Shown here in pieces: positions 22,793-32,000 of a DNA stretch of 32,000 nucleotides. A program made the position numbers and the translations under genes. The stretch's first letter is position 1, and the number at the start of each line of letters is the position of its first letter. The stretch is from Candidatus Thorarchaeota archaeon. Its GTDB lineage: Archaea; Asgardarchaeota; Thorarchaeia; Thorarchaeales; Thorarchaeaceae. The notes under the pieces are model-generated. The model saw only the letters and a program-made list of their open reading frames with translations, ran no database searches and was not told the DNA's origin. The DNA lies in assembly GCA_003345555.1 (NCBI GenBank), contig PRDJ01000036.1, positions 60,001 through 92,000 on the forward strand, written 5' to 3'.

Positions 22793-25618
22793 GTGAGCAC
22801 GACGACCGCAGCTCCAGCCGATTACGGGTTTGTGCACGATCTGAGAAGGAAAGCTATCACACTCGTGTGCTTTGTTCTCGCATCGACAATCGTAATGGGA
22901 ATAGGTACCTACATAGATTCGACATCCGTACATGAATGGGACAAGACTACGGACATCGGGCCTTTTGCCATGTCAGTCAGCGTATACGACCCATACGCCG
23001 GACCTAGTCTCCTAGAGACTCTTGGCACCATCAGAGGCCTGCCGGGGGTAGAAAGAGCGGCCTATCTCGAAAGGTCATGGGGAAGCTTGAGCATTGTCAA
23101 TGAGACCTACTATACAGGATACTACGGAGAGATGGTTGGTCTGGATTCCGACTTTCTCACCGTCTTTCCGAATTCATACGTCCTGACCAAGGGTCGACTG
23201 CCAACGAATGTTTCGGAAATCGCGCTCTTTGTAGACGCCTCTCAAGCGCTTCACCTAAGTGTCGGGGACAAGGTGAACTGCACACTTCCTGACTCGTGGT
23301 CAACTCTCAGTGTCGTAGGGGTCTTCTCCGTTCCAAAGGAGCTTTACAGCAGCTGGAGTTACTATTCGGAAGTAGCAATACTCGACAGAGGGCTTTTGCA
23401 GCAGGGCAGCATCGTGCCCATCGTCCTCCTCGATGTCAATAGAACACTTCTGAGCCCGTTTGACGCTAATGGCGCTTGGAACTATCTGTCTGGAATAGAG
23501 AAGAGCATTCGGACTCTTGATCCAAGCTACAATCCTCCCTCATCCTACTTCTCACGGTTCGTGGTGAACGACCCGCTAGCGAATGCGATTGCCTCTTTCA
23601 TGGGTTGGAGGACGGGAATGCGGTTCACTGAACTGATAAGAGGAGGAGCAGTCGTGCTGCTTGTCGTTCTCACGATGTTCTTGGCCATTCGTTTCAACAT
23701 GAATGACCGACGATACGAAAGAAGCGTCCTGACATCAAGAGGAGCTTCGAAGTCTGACTTGAATCGCATGGTCATCAGAGAACTTGCAGGACTTGCGTTC
23801 ACGGGGTTAATCATTGGTCTTCTCTCTGGTGTGCTAATCAGCAGGGTGGCTAGTACAGCCACGGGCTTCTTTGAATTTGACCAAGCACGGCTGTGGAGTG
23901 AGCCATTCCTAGTGACCATAGAATCGATTGCGACTTCAGTTGTCTTGGGATTGGTGCTGCCTGCAGCGAGCTTTGTAGTCTACACCGCACTCTACTCAAC
24001 GAAATTAACTGGCGAAGTGCAGAGAGGAAGGCTTGCCAAGATGGTAAGAGTGTTTGTTCTTCTCCGTTGGGATTTCGCTATTCTCGTACTTACCGGGTTA
24101 GTCATGTTTCTCACTTACACCGCAGGGAGTGCGGTGAAGACGAACCCGGTGCTAACAATCATGGGGCTCTTGTCACCTGTCATTCTGTTCATAGGACTCT
24201 CCAGTCTTACTGTCAAGGGGTTCAGGCGCGGCGCGAACTGGCTGTCACGCAGGATATCCAGGATTACGGGCGACTTACCCGCTTACGGTGTCAGGAGAAT
24301 CGGCAAGGAAGCATCGTCAGCAGGAGTCATCGCGGTCATAATTGTGCTAAGTCTGACCATTGCCTGGGGTTACGCATTTGTTGGTACCTCGATACCGATG
24401 ACAAAGATCAACCAAGCAAGGCTTGCTTTCGGGGCCGACGTAACCTTCCACATCGACAAACTGTCGGCCGAAGAAAGAGGCGACTTCGTTAGTAACGCAT
24501 CACTCAATTCAGGGGTGGAGGCCGGAGCAAGTCTTTCTGTACTCAGTATGATGCTGTCGGCAAGTAGTTATGACTACGCAACTGCTGTGGCGATGAACCC
24601 TTCGGAATACTTGAAGGTAGGCTATGACTATGAGGGGACTCCGCTCGAATCCTCAGAGCTCAGACAGGCTATCGTCAGTCTCGAGTCGACTCCGAATGGG
24701 ATAATCATTAGTTCTGATATCGCCACCGAATATGAGCTGAATGTTGGAGACACACTTCGAACATCTTACGAAAGCACAAATGGCTCCAAGGTAATCATCT
24801 TCATTATACTCGCAGTTACGCCTGCACTCAGTGACGCGCTTCTGCTTGACACTGGTTATGAGCAACCGTACTCAGGACCGATATACTACGGAGCGAACCC
24901 GCCCCCGTACGATTCATCGCCATACTACTACTGGCCATTCTATCAAGTCGGCAAGAACACAATGTGGACAAACGGACAGTATCTCTCAGAACAACTCAAC
25001 CTCACGGAGGTTGGAGTTCACCTTTATTGTGTGCGGACCACGCCAGATGCAAATGCCACAGCAGTTGCCCAGGAGATTATCGGTTCTGCCTGGAACGATA
25101 CAATCGGCGATGATGATTGGGCCTCGGTCACAAGAGATCTGACCGGATACATGAATCAAGCTGAATACAGGATAGACCGCTCCATCGACACAATGTTCAC
25201 CGTGTGCATGATTCTATCCATGTTTGCGGCTCTCATTGTTTATGCCGGAGAGGATGTTCAGGCACGCCGTCGGGAAGTAGCCCTGCTCAGGGCGATGGGG
25301 TCTGACAGTCGTCTGGTGGCCAAGGTGCAGGGAGCGGAAATGCTTGTACTCGCGTTTTCAGGCATCCTGTTGACCCTCATCTTCGCACCCATTCTCATAT
25401 TCAATTGGCTTATGTTGTATAGTACCAGTTTCTATGTCTTCCCTGTCATTGTAACGCTCATCGTTCCTTGGTTACAGCTCACTATCATTCTTCTTTTGTT
25501 CGTAACTTCGATTACCGCTTTCATTGTGCTGGTGGCCATCTTCAGCCCAAGAATCAACTTGGCAGTATCGCTCAATGCGGCTTGGGCAGAAGCTAGCCCC
25601 TACGGAGGTGAACTCTGA
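22793..25618 (+). CDS. FtsX/MacB-type ABC permease with two extracytoplasmic domain + FtsX modules
   Basis: TM1, large extracellular domain, FtsX helices with RRYERSVLTSRGAS; second module ends with RRREVALLRAMGS. GTG start with GGG RBS. Confidence 0.88.
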   Translation: MSTTTAAPADYGFVHDLRRKAITLVCFVLASTIVMGIGTYIDSTSVHEWDKTTDIGPFAMSVSVYDPYAGPSLLETLGTIRGLPGVERAAYLERSWGSLSIVNETYYTGYYGEMVGLDSDFLTVFPNSYVLTKGRLPTNVSEIALFVDASQALHLSVGDKVNCTLPDSWSTLSVVGVFSVPKELYSSWSYYSEVAILDRGLLQQGSIVPIVLLDVNRTLLSPFDANGAWNYLSGIEKSIRTLDPSYNPPSSYFSRFVVNDPLANAIASFMGWRTGMRFTELIRGGAVVLLVVLTMFLAIRFNMNDRRYERSVLTSRGASKSDLNRMVIRELAGLAFTGLIIGLLSGVLISRVASTATGFFEFDQARLWSEPFLVTIESIATSVVLGLVLPAASFVVYTALYSTKLTGEVQRGRLAKMVRVFVLLRWDFAILVLTGLVMFLTYTAGSAVKTNPVLTIMGLLSPVILFIGLSSLTVKGFRRGANWLSRRISRITGDLPAYGVRRIGKEASSAGVIAVIIVLSLTIAWGYAFVGTSIPMTKINQARLAFGADVTFHIDKLSAEERGDFVSNASLNSGVEAGASLSVLSMMLSASSYDYATAVAMNPSEYLKVGYDYEGTPLESSELRQAIVSLESTPNGIIISSDIATEYELNVGDTLRTSYESTNGSKVIIFIILAVTPALSDALLLDTGYEQPYSGPIYYGANPPPYDSSPYYYWPFYQVGKNTMWTNGQYLSEQLNLTEVGVHLYCVRTTPDANATAVAQEIIGSAWNDTIGDDDWASVTRDLTGYMNQAEYRIDRSIDTMFTVCMILSMFAALIVYAGEDVQARRREVALLRAMGSDSRLVAKVQGAEMLVLAFSGILLTLIFAPILIFNWLMLYSTSFYVFPVIVTLIVPWLQLTIILLLFVTSITAFIVLVAIFSPRINLAVSLNAAWAEASPYGGEL

Positions 25619-28444
25619 ATGTTCATACCCTCGTCCCTAGCCACGTATGGCCGACGGCTGGTCGTTTCCTTCTTCATATTCGCACTTTCCTCGGGAGTTG
25701 TCGGTGGCGTCTTCTTTTACCTGGACTGGACCGGACCCGAAGTGTTCGAGACGGGAGTCCAGCAGGTTCCAGTTGACATGCAGCTGGGTCTCACTTGGCC
25801 CTTCTATCAGCAAAACGAAACAACGCTGGAGAACATCACAGGGATGGTAAGAGAACAAGAAGATGTAGCAGGAACAGAAATCGTATCGTTCCTTCAGACT
25901 TGGGAATACTCCGCTGAACAGTACGAATATACGTCATTGACATACCTCGGGATAGAGCCTTCGTTCTTTGATACGTTCCCGAACGCCATCCTTCTGAATC
26001 CGGGCAGCCCCCCACTGAACAACAGTACATGTTACGTTCAGGAGGAAATGATGGGCCATTGGGGAGTTGATATCGGCCAGAACCTCACGATCCACGTCTT
26101 CAAGTACAACCAGTCCGGTTACGAGATAGAACTCAATGTGACACTGTTGGTCGTAGGAACATTCACATCACAGCTGTTCATGGAACAACAGTACTGGTCG
26201 GGACCTCAGCTGTCAACTCTAAGGGTAGTTACAACGAGAGACTCACTGACCTTGGCCTTTGGCAATGCAAGCGCGTACGAGTATGGCGTTCCTCAGGAGC
26301 AGGTGTGGATTGCCTTTGACAGGGCCGCCGTTATAAGAGGAGGCGCTGCGGTCGCCACAGATGAGCTAACCAACATCAGAAGGCGAATTGAACAGAGAGC
26401 ACTACCATATGTGAGCGTCCCATACGATGGATTCAAGCTGCTGGATGCAGTAACCGAGTTTTCTGCATGGTCTTCCGATATGAGAGCCATCTCTGTATGT
26501 GCATCCCTGCCCACAATTATCATGGGCGCAATGCTGGTTCACTACGAATCCACACTCACTGCGGACCAAAGAAGAAGAGACACGGGTACCCTCAGAACAA
26601 GAGGAGCATCGGGCATGCAGGCATTCATGTGGACAATGACTGCCGCTCTCTTCATGGGACTAGTTGGTAGTATCGGAGCAGTGATTATCGGCTACTTCGC
26701 TGCATCGCTCTCTGGTACTGTGCGGACCCTGCTCGAGTTTCAGTGGTCTCAATTTCAGTTGTTCGCTTTCGTTCCGCAGCCGAGCTCAGTTGTCTTTGTA
26801 TTCATGTTCTCATTCATACTGGGACTGTTTGTGGCACTACCAGGCGCTGTCCGAGCTATGATAATGTCCGCATCCGAGGCCCGTGCTGCAGTTGCCAGAG
26901 AAGACCTGCCGACACCTGAGAAAGCCCAAACACCATGGGCGAATATCATTGGTCTGGGACTCAGTGCTTACGCTCTTTCGGGAATTCTGTCGTCACTCAG
27001 CTATATCTCTGACGCAGGAATCCAGGCTTCACTGTTGATCACGGCACTTCCTTTTCTGGCCATCTTCATGTTCACTTTTGCACGACTCCTCTCTAGCCCC
27101 GCGGCCACAGTAAAGGCCAAAGTGCTGAGTTGGTTCAGGAGACCTTCGCTGTCAGCTGGAGCAACGGTTGTGGGCCGGAACCTAGTCCTATACCACAAGA
27201 CTCAGTCGTTGGGAGTCATGTTTGTCGCTATGGTCTTTACAGCCGGCGTGTTCTCAGCGCTCTCCGCTACGACAGGCTACTACCACATGAGAGACCTTCT
27301 GATGTTCCAAGCCGGCGCTGACATCAGAGTTGATGTGAGCTCCGGGGAAGAAAACATCACTCTGAGTATCATGGGTAATCTGACAACTATCGAAGGCATA
27401 GAGTCAGCCGCCGCCATGCTCTCAACAAATGCCTATGTCAGGTATACAGAATGGACGGATTACTACGGCTACTATACTCAGAATAGATCGATTCGCATGT
27501 TTGCTGTCCAACCTTCCGAGTGGTATCAGGCAGGCTTCTGGCAGCCTTATTTCGCATTAAGCGGCAATCCGCAAGCTTCTCTTCAACGTCTTGTGGAGAG
27601 CAATTCAACCGTAATTACTTCATTCAAACCAATCCTCTCGCGTTCGTACACTCCTTTTGGCCAGACAGTCACTTACGGAGACACTCTCACTCTGACAGTT
27701 GTGGGTACAGGCTGGAAGAACCAAAGCGTTTGTACTATTGTTGATGTTCTCGGTGACGACCCGGCAGGGCAGGGAAGAGCTTACTTCCCTGGACAACCAG
27801 ACCTCACTGATTTCCTGATAATCAATCTGCGCTACGTTCATGCTTGTCTCAGGACTACCAAGATTGACAGTCTGTACATCCGTCTGCGACAGGATGCTAA
27901 CTTCTCCCAAGTAATCGAAAAAGTCCACGATGTTGCGCCAGGCAGCTTCAAGACAATCGATTCGGGTCTCAAGAGGATCGATGACGCCCTTGCTTTGAGA
28001 TCAGGAAGATCCATATTCGGAGTGTACACTTTGAATCTTGCGTTTTCGATAACATACCTGACAATCGGAATCGCTATCGTGTCCATAGAGAGGATAGGTA
28101 AGCTGAGAAGGCAGCTCTCTGTCTTCAGGGCACTGGGGGGAGAACCAAAGTCTATCGCCATGTCAATCATGGTCGAGACAGCAGTGGGGCTTCTGATCGC
28201 TGCGGCAATAGGCAGTCTCCTAAGTCTGCTTCTCACTTACCTTATCATGAAGGTCCCGTTAATGTTCTTCGGATCTCTCACTGCTACTCTCTGGTCGCGT
28301 CTGCCGATCGAGCTCGTTATTCCGACAGAGCTGCTTCTTTCGATTGTCGGGTTCACTTTCCTTTGTTCTTTGTGCTCAACCTTCATTGTTACGAAGAGAG
28401 GCCTTAGCGTCGGCATAGCCGAAGATATTCAGGTCGAGGAATGA
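25619..28444 (+). CDS. Second FtsX/MacB-type double-module ABC permease
   Basis: Same architecture; motifs RRRDTGTLRTRGAS and RRQLSVFRALGG. Starts immediately after the previous stop (TGA-ATG). Confidence 0.88.
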   Translation: MFIPSSLATYGRRLVVSFFIFALSSGVVGGVFFYLDWTGPEVFETGVQQVPVDMQLGLTWPFYQQNETTLENITGMVREQEDVAGTEIVSFLQTWEYSAEQYEYTSLTYLGIEPSFFDTFPNAILLNPGSPPLNNSTCYVQEEMMGHWGVDIGQNLTIHVFKYNQSGYEIELNVTLLVVGTFTSQLFMEQQYWSGPQLSTLRVVTTRDSLTLAFGNASAYEYGVPQEQVWIAFDRAAVIRGGAAVATDELTNIRRRIEQRALPYVSVPYDGFKLLDAVTEFSAWSSDMRAISVCASLPTIIMGAMLVHYESTLTADQRRRDTGTLRTRGASGMQAFMWTMTAALFMGLVGSIGAVIIGYFAASLSGTVRTLLEFQWSQFQLFAFVPQPSSVVFVFMFSFILGLFVALPGAVRAMIMSASEARAAVAREDLPTPEKAQTPWANIIGLGLSAYALSGILSSLSYISDAGIQASLLITALPFLAIFMFTFARLLSSPAATVKAKVLSWFRRPSLSAGATVVGRNLVLYHKTQSLGVMFVAMVFTAGVFSALSATTGYYHMRDLLMFQAGADIRVDVSSGEENITLSIMGNLTTIEGIESAAAMLSTNAYVRYTEWTDYYGYYTQNRSIRMFAVQPSEWYQAGFWQPYFALSGNPQASLQRLVESNSTVITSFKPILSRSYTPFGQTVTYGDTLTLTVVGTGWKNQSVCTIVDVLGDDPAGQGRAYFPGQPDLTDFLIINLRYVHACLRTTKIDSLYIRLRQDANFSQVIEKVHDVAPGSFKTIDSGLKRIDDALALRSGRSIFGVYTLNLAFSITYLTIGIAIVSIERIGKLRRQLSVFRALGGEPKSIAMSIMVETAVGLLIAAAIGSLLSLLLTYLIMKVPLMFFGSLTATLWSRLPIELVIPTELLLSIVGFTFLCSLCSTFIVTKRGLSVGIAEDIQVEE

Positions 28445-29352
28445 ACAACATGTCTGAAAATCTAGAACAGATCGCAAAGGAGAACAAAATCGTCGTAAGA
28501 GACCTGATGAAAGTCTATCGTCGAGGTACGAAAGAGGTAATCGCACTGAGAGGGATTGACTTCGAGGTGAAACCTAGGGAGTTCCTCTCCATTGTGGGTC
28601 CCTCGGGCTCCGGCAAATCCACGTTACTCAAGCTGCTTGGAGCCCTAGACAAACCAACTGCAGGAGTGGTTCTCTACGACGGCCACAATGTCACGCTCTT
28701 GGACGATTTTAGGTCAATCATATACAGAAGACGTCAGGTCGGATTCGTCTGGCAGACGGGCAATCTCGTTCCCGGCCTCTCAGCTCTCAAGAACGTGAAG
28801 TTACCAATGAAGCTCGCAGGGACTTCAGGACAAGCTGCAGATGAGAGAGCACGTACGTTGCTTGAGACAATGGGCCTTGAGAATAGAATCCAACACAAGC
28901 CACACCAGCTCTCAGGGGGTGAGAACCAGAGAGTGGCAATCTGCGTTGCATTGGCCAACAAACCGGAACTGCTTCTTGCAGATGAAGTAACTGGTGAGCT
29001 AGATACGGAGACGACCGAAATGGTGATGGAGGCTCTGAAGAGAATAAACACAGATTTTGAAACCACAATCATAAACGTGACCCATAACCCGAGAGTTGCC
29101 CAATATGCCAGTCGTGTACTTCGTATCAGAGACGGGCTGATTGAGGGACAGAGGCACGTGCTGTATGGGGACATAACCGAAATCGACGCAAAGGGCAGAA
29201 TGGTCATTCCAGAGACGGTGAGGCGACTTGCAGGCATCGAGAAGAGAGTTGTTCTGAAGGTCACAGCTCAAGGACTTCTTGTAGGCCCGCTAGAATATGA
29301 AGAGCAGGAGCAGCATTCACGGTCGCAGGACGACCAAGACACGGAGACATAG
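28441..29352 (+). CDS. LolD/MacB-type ABC ATPase with C-terminal AbrB/MraZ-like swapped-hairpin domain
   Basis: GPSGSGKS, LSGGENQRVAI, LLADEVTGELD, VTHN, then EIDAKGRMVIPETVRRLAGIEKRVVLKVTAQGLLVGP. ATGA overlap with the upstream stop. Confidence 0.92.
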   Translation: MNNMSENLEQIAKENKIVVRDLMKVYRRGTKEVIALRGIDFEVKPREFLSIVGPSGSGKSTLLKLLGALDKPTAGVVLYDGHNVTLLDDFRSIIYRRRQVGFVWQTGNLVPGLSALKNVKLPMKLAGTSGQAADERARTLLETMGLENRIQHKPHQLSGGENQRVAICVALANKPELLLADEVTGELDTETTEMVMEALKRINTDFETTIINVTHNPRVAQYASRVLRIRDGLIEGQRHVLYGDITEIDAKGRMVIPETVRRLAGIEKRVVLKVTAQGLLVGPLEYEEQEQHSRSQDDQDTET

Positions 29353-29472
29353 TTGGGTCGTATGGAGACATACCGAGATTGCCGGCGATGAGACCGTGCT
29401 GTGCGAAGTGGAAAAGCTCTATATGCGCACTCGTCCCGACGCGACTCGGTGTCTTCATTGAGTAAGGTCAGG

Positions 29473-29685
29473 ATGCCATGGTCATTCTATTCGGTCATCT
29501 TGACATTCGGGGTATTCTTCTTCAGCCTCAATGTATACCTGTTCACAAGGTGGTTGCGGCACCCTTTGGCGAGCGATCTGTGGCTTGTCGGAGTTATTAT
29601 CGGACTCGTGGGCTTGGTATTCTCGGTCCATATGGTACGAGTTCATCAGCGTGAGCTGATAAGAATGAAACTGAACCGAGAATAG
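29473..29685 (+). CDS. Small two-TM membrane protein
   Basis: MPWSFYSVILTFGVFFFSLNVYLF...LWLVGVIIGLVGLVFSVHMV followed by a charged tail. The start is taken as ATG 29473 (AGG upstream); the track start at 29401 is also possible. Confidence 0.6.
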   Translation: MPWSFYSVILTFGVFFFSLNVYLFTRWLRHPLASDLWLVGVIIGLVGLVFSVHMVRVHQRELIRMKLNRE

Positions 29686-29739
29686 GTATCATTCATATGA
29701 TGCTTCTAACCAGCATGATTCCAACTAGTGGCAGACAAC

Positions 29740-31047
29740 TTACGGATACAGTCGCCTGACATCGCGTGGGAACGGTACGCATTCTCGAATGTGCTCTAGA
29801 TTGAGCATCCAGGTAATCAGTCTGTCAATTCCAACGCCAAAGCCGGAGTGCTCGACACTGCCGTATTTTCTGAGCTCGATATACCATTTGTACTTCGCCG
29901 GGTCGTCACCTATTCGTTGTAGGTTCTCTATGATTCGTGACTCCTCGTCTTCGCGTTGGCTGCCACCGATGATTTCACCAAAGCCCCTAGGTGCAAGAAG
30001 GTCATCGTTCCTGTATGTTCGCGGGTCGGCTTCATTGTGCTTCATGTAGAAGGACTTGATTTCCTTCGGGTAGAACTGAACAAAGAGGAACTTATCGCTG
30101 TCCCTTGTGAGAATCTCCTCTGCTTCAGTTCGAATATCCTCGCCCCACTTGATATCCAGACCCGCTTTGCTGCAGATTTCAACAGCTTCGCCATACGTGA
30201 TTCTATCAAAGGGTGGCTTGACTTGTTCAAGCTTCGCGTAGTCGACTCCCAACTCCTTCAGTTCCTCTCGCCGGTTCTTTGCCACAGACTGGCAAATGTA
30301 GCTAATCAATTCCTCCTGTCGCTTCAAGTTGGCTTCATGATCGCACCAAGCTTCTTCAACCTCTAGATGCCAGTACTCAGTCAGATGCTTTCTAGTTCGT
30401 GACTTCTCAGCTCTAAAAGATGGGGCCAGCGTGAACACTCTTTCGAGCGCAACAATCTGAGGTTCGAGGTGCATCTGTGATGTCTGCGTGAGGTAGGCCT
30501 TCCTTCCGAAATAATCAACCTCAAACATTTCGGCTCCCTCCTCACCCATCGTAGCCACGAACATCGGGGAAGTGGTCTCATAGAAACCATTCTTGCGGAG
30601 GTACTCCCTTGAAGAGTAGAAGACTTCGTCCCTCACCTTCAGGATGTTTGTTATCTTTCGGGACCTTAGCCACAAGTGTCTGTAGTCGTTCAGGAACTCA
30701 ACGCTCTGGTCTTCTGTAATCGGGAACTCCTCTGCAAACTGAAGCACCTGCAGCTTGTCAACTTGAACTTCGTATCCACCTTCGGCTCTTGGATCAGCCT
30801 TTGCCACGCCCTCCAGTGTGATAAGCGACTCGACAAGCATTCTGTCTGCGTCCGCATATGTCTGATTACTGACAGATCCCTGTTTGATGACCGTCTGGAC
30901 AACTCCTGAATGATCACGGAGAAGGGCGAAGACCATTGTCTTTTGCTTTCTTATTCTGTGAACCCAACCTCGGAGAGCAACTTTCTTTCCATCATATTTG
31001 CCCTCGAGCACATCCCTGACATGAACGTACTTCATGTATTTCACCAT
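29740..31047 (-). CDS. asnS: Asparaginyl-tRNA synthetase (class IIb, archaeal type)
   Basis: OB-fold RGWVHRIR...LRDHSG, motif 2 FRAEKSRTRKHLTEYWHLE, GEIIGGSQRE (Asn-type rather than Asp-type), motif 3 HSGFGVGIDRL, PFPRD. Confidence 0.93.
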   Translation of the reverse strand: MVKYMKYVHVRDVLEGKYDGKKVALRGWVHRIRKQKTMVFALLRDHSGVVQTVIKQGSVSNQTYADADRMLVESLITLEGVAKADPRAEGGYEVQVDKLQVLQFAEEFPITEDQSVEFLNDYRHLWLRSRKITNILKVRDEVFYSSREYLRKNGFYETTSPMFVATMGEEGAEMFEVDYFGRKAYLTQTSQMHLEPQIVALERVFTLAPSFRAEKSRTRKHLTEYWHLEVEEAWCDHEANLKRQEELISYICQSVAKNRREELKELGVDYAKLEQVKPPFDRITYGEAVEICSKAGLDIKWGEDIRTEAEEILTRDSDKFLFVQFYPKEIKSFYMKHNEADPRTYRNDDLLAPRGFGEIIGGSQREDEESRIIENLQRIGDDPAKYKWYIELRKYGSVEHSGFGVGIDRLITWMLNLEHIRECVPFPRDVRRLYP

Positions 31048-31129
31048 GAAATCGTCTAACTAGTGGTCGGTTTGTGGTTTGCAGTCTACAGACAATAAAA
31101 GGATGACGACCTGCCTCGTCTACCCACCA

Positions 31130-32000
31130 CTATCTATACTTCACGAACCAAAGGACGAGTCCTAGGACGATAACTCCTCCGGTAGCTACTGCAGCCACAA
31201 TCATTGCATTCACGATGAGAGCGGCAGAGACTATGACCACAACCTCTGAAGCCACAGCGTTTCCTCCTAGGTCAACGACCGTAAGAACAACCGAGTACCG
31301 TCCCTCCGGCAGACCCGAGAAGTCAAAGCTGATACTTTCAGAAGTCCATTTCTCTGAGACTATGAGAACACCGTCAATGGTTATGTTGTATGTGAACTTG
31401 AATTGATCAGTCGCGGTCCAATTCCGTACGATGTTGATGTCGCCAACAGAATAGTAAATCGTAGGTGGACTGTAGACGAAGACAGGAGGCACATCATCTC
31501 TCTTGACTTGGACGGTCACATTGTCGATGGCAGAGTTGCCACTCGTATCGTTAACCCAGCACGAGTAGACATAGGTGCCTATGCTCAGACCATCCACACT
31601 CACGTGCACATAAGGTTGGTCGGCAGTTAGAGAACCGTTGGCCACGCTTGTGCCGTCTCTAGAGACCATGTACTTGTCCATGTGAGATTCTGTGATATTC
31701 CAGCGTATGCTGTGTCCTGTCTCATTAAAGACGTACTCAATGTCACTCGGACCTACTATGACCGGTGTTACATTCTCGTAGATTCTCAGATTGATAGTGT
31801 CTCGCGCCTCATTGCTGTTCTTGTCGATAGCTACCAACTGCACTGAGTACCTACCAAGCGCGTAGCCCGTGACATTGAGCGTACAGTTGTACGGGCTTGT
31901 GCTCCATGTTATAGTCTTGTTAAGAACACTGTCAACGTAGATTTTCAGTGTCTGAGGGTTCTCATCAGCAACCGTCCAAGTAATAGTTACATTCTCCGTT
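31130..32000 (-). CDS. Membrane-anchored Ig-repeat surface glycoprotein, 5' end outside the window (family relative of 2096..3856)
   Basis: The frame stays open from 31843 to the window end (TENVTITWTVADENPQTLKIYVD...). Repeat consensus P.ivgPsDieY...etGhsI.WniTesh.d.Y.vsrDGt is shared with 2096..3856. C-terminal TM helix plus VKYR. Confidence 0.85.
   Translation of the reverse strand, partial: TENVTITWTVADENPQTLKIYVDSVLNKTITWSTSPYNCTLNVTGYALGRYSVQLVAIDKNSNEARDTINLRIYENVTPVIVGPSDIEYVFNETGHSIRWNITESHMDKYMVSRDGTSVANGSLTADQPYVHVSVDGLSIGTYVYSCWVNDTSGNSAIDNVTVQVKRDDVPPVFVYSPPTIYYSVGDINIVRNWTATDQFKFTYNITIDGVLIVSEKWTSESISFDFSGLPEGRYSVVLTVVDLGGNAVASEVVVIVSAALIVNAMIVAAVATGGVIVLGLVLWFVKYR

Noticed and set aside
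599-31630. The many remaining short or antisense ORFs in the track (e.g. 1545..1994, 5191..5829, 10427..10861, 22085..22714, 28734..29264, 29956..30366)
   Set aside because: They overlap well-supported genes on the opposite strand or in another frame and have no motifs of their own.
1-32000. CRISPR arrays, transposases/IS ends, integrases, rRNA and tRNA genes
   Set aside because: No regularly spaced repeats, terminal inverted repeats, recombinase motifs or structural RNA consensus were seen by eye; a covariance-model search (Infernal/tRNAscan-SE) would be needed to exclude divergent RNAs.

Overview
This is a gene-dense archaeal chromosomal window with no rRNA, tRNA, CRISPR array or mobile element that I can support. 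The gene content points to an Asgard archaeon, most likely Thorarchaeia (inference): longin and roadblock proteins, a Rab-like GTPase domain, Ig-repeat surface glycoproteins, a geranylgeranyl reductase, an F420-binding beta subunit and a standalone AsnRS. Housekeeping and metabolic genes are ribA (partial, missed by the ORF track), an FpoF/FrhB-like protein, an NTPase, a glycerophosphodiesterase, a GGR, an acyl-CoA ligase, an APRT-like enzyme, a four-gene MacB/LolCDE-type ABC operon and asnS. The most interesting region is 4.0-9.8 kb. It holds two paralogous longin + tandem winged-helix proteins whose C-terminal halves resemble eukaryotic GATOR1 subunit NPRL2; one also has a roadblock domain and is followed by a MinD-like ATPase. 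These genes run divergently from an MFS transporter fused to a helix-hairpin-helix domain, next to a uDENN-like longin fused to a triple Zn-ribbon (TackOD1-like) domain. I propose this as a candidate 'proto-GATOR/Ragulator parts' signalling module. Two of its genes appear to need non-canonical start codons (CTG, ACG). Other oddities are a degenerate Rab-like pseudo-GTPase with a long disordered N-terminus, a Cys-string membrane microprotein, an ABC ATPase-AbrB fusion and several small Zn-finger proteins. All family assignments come from motif recognition by eye and recalled family consensus; no database searches were run.
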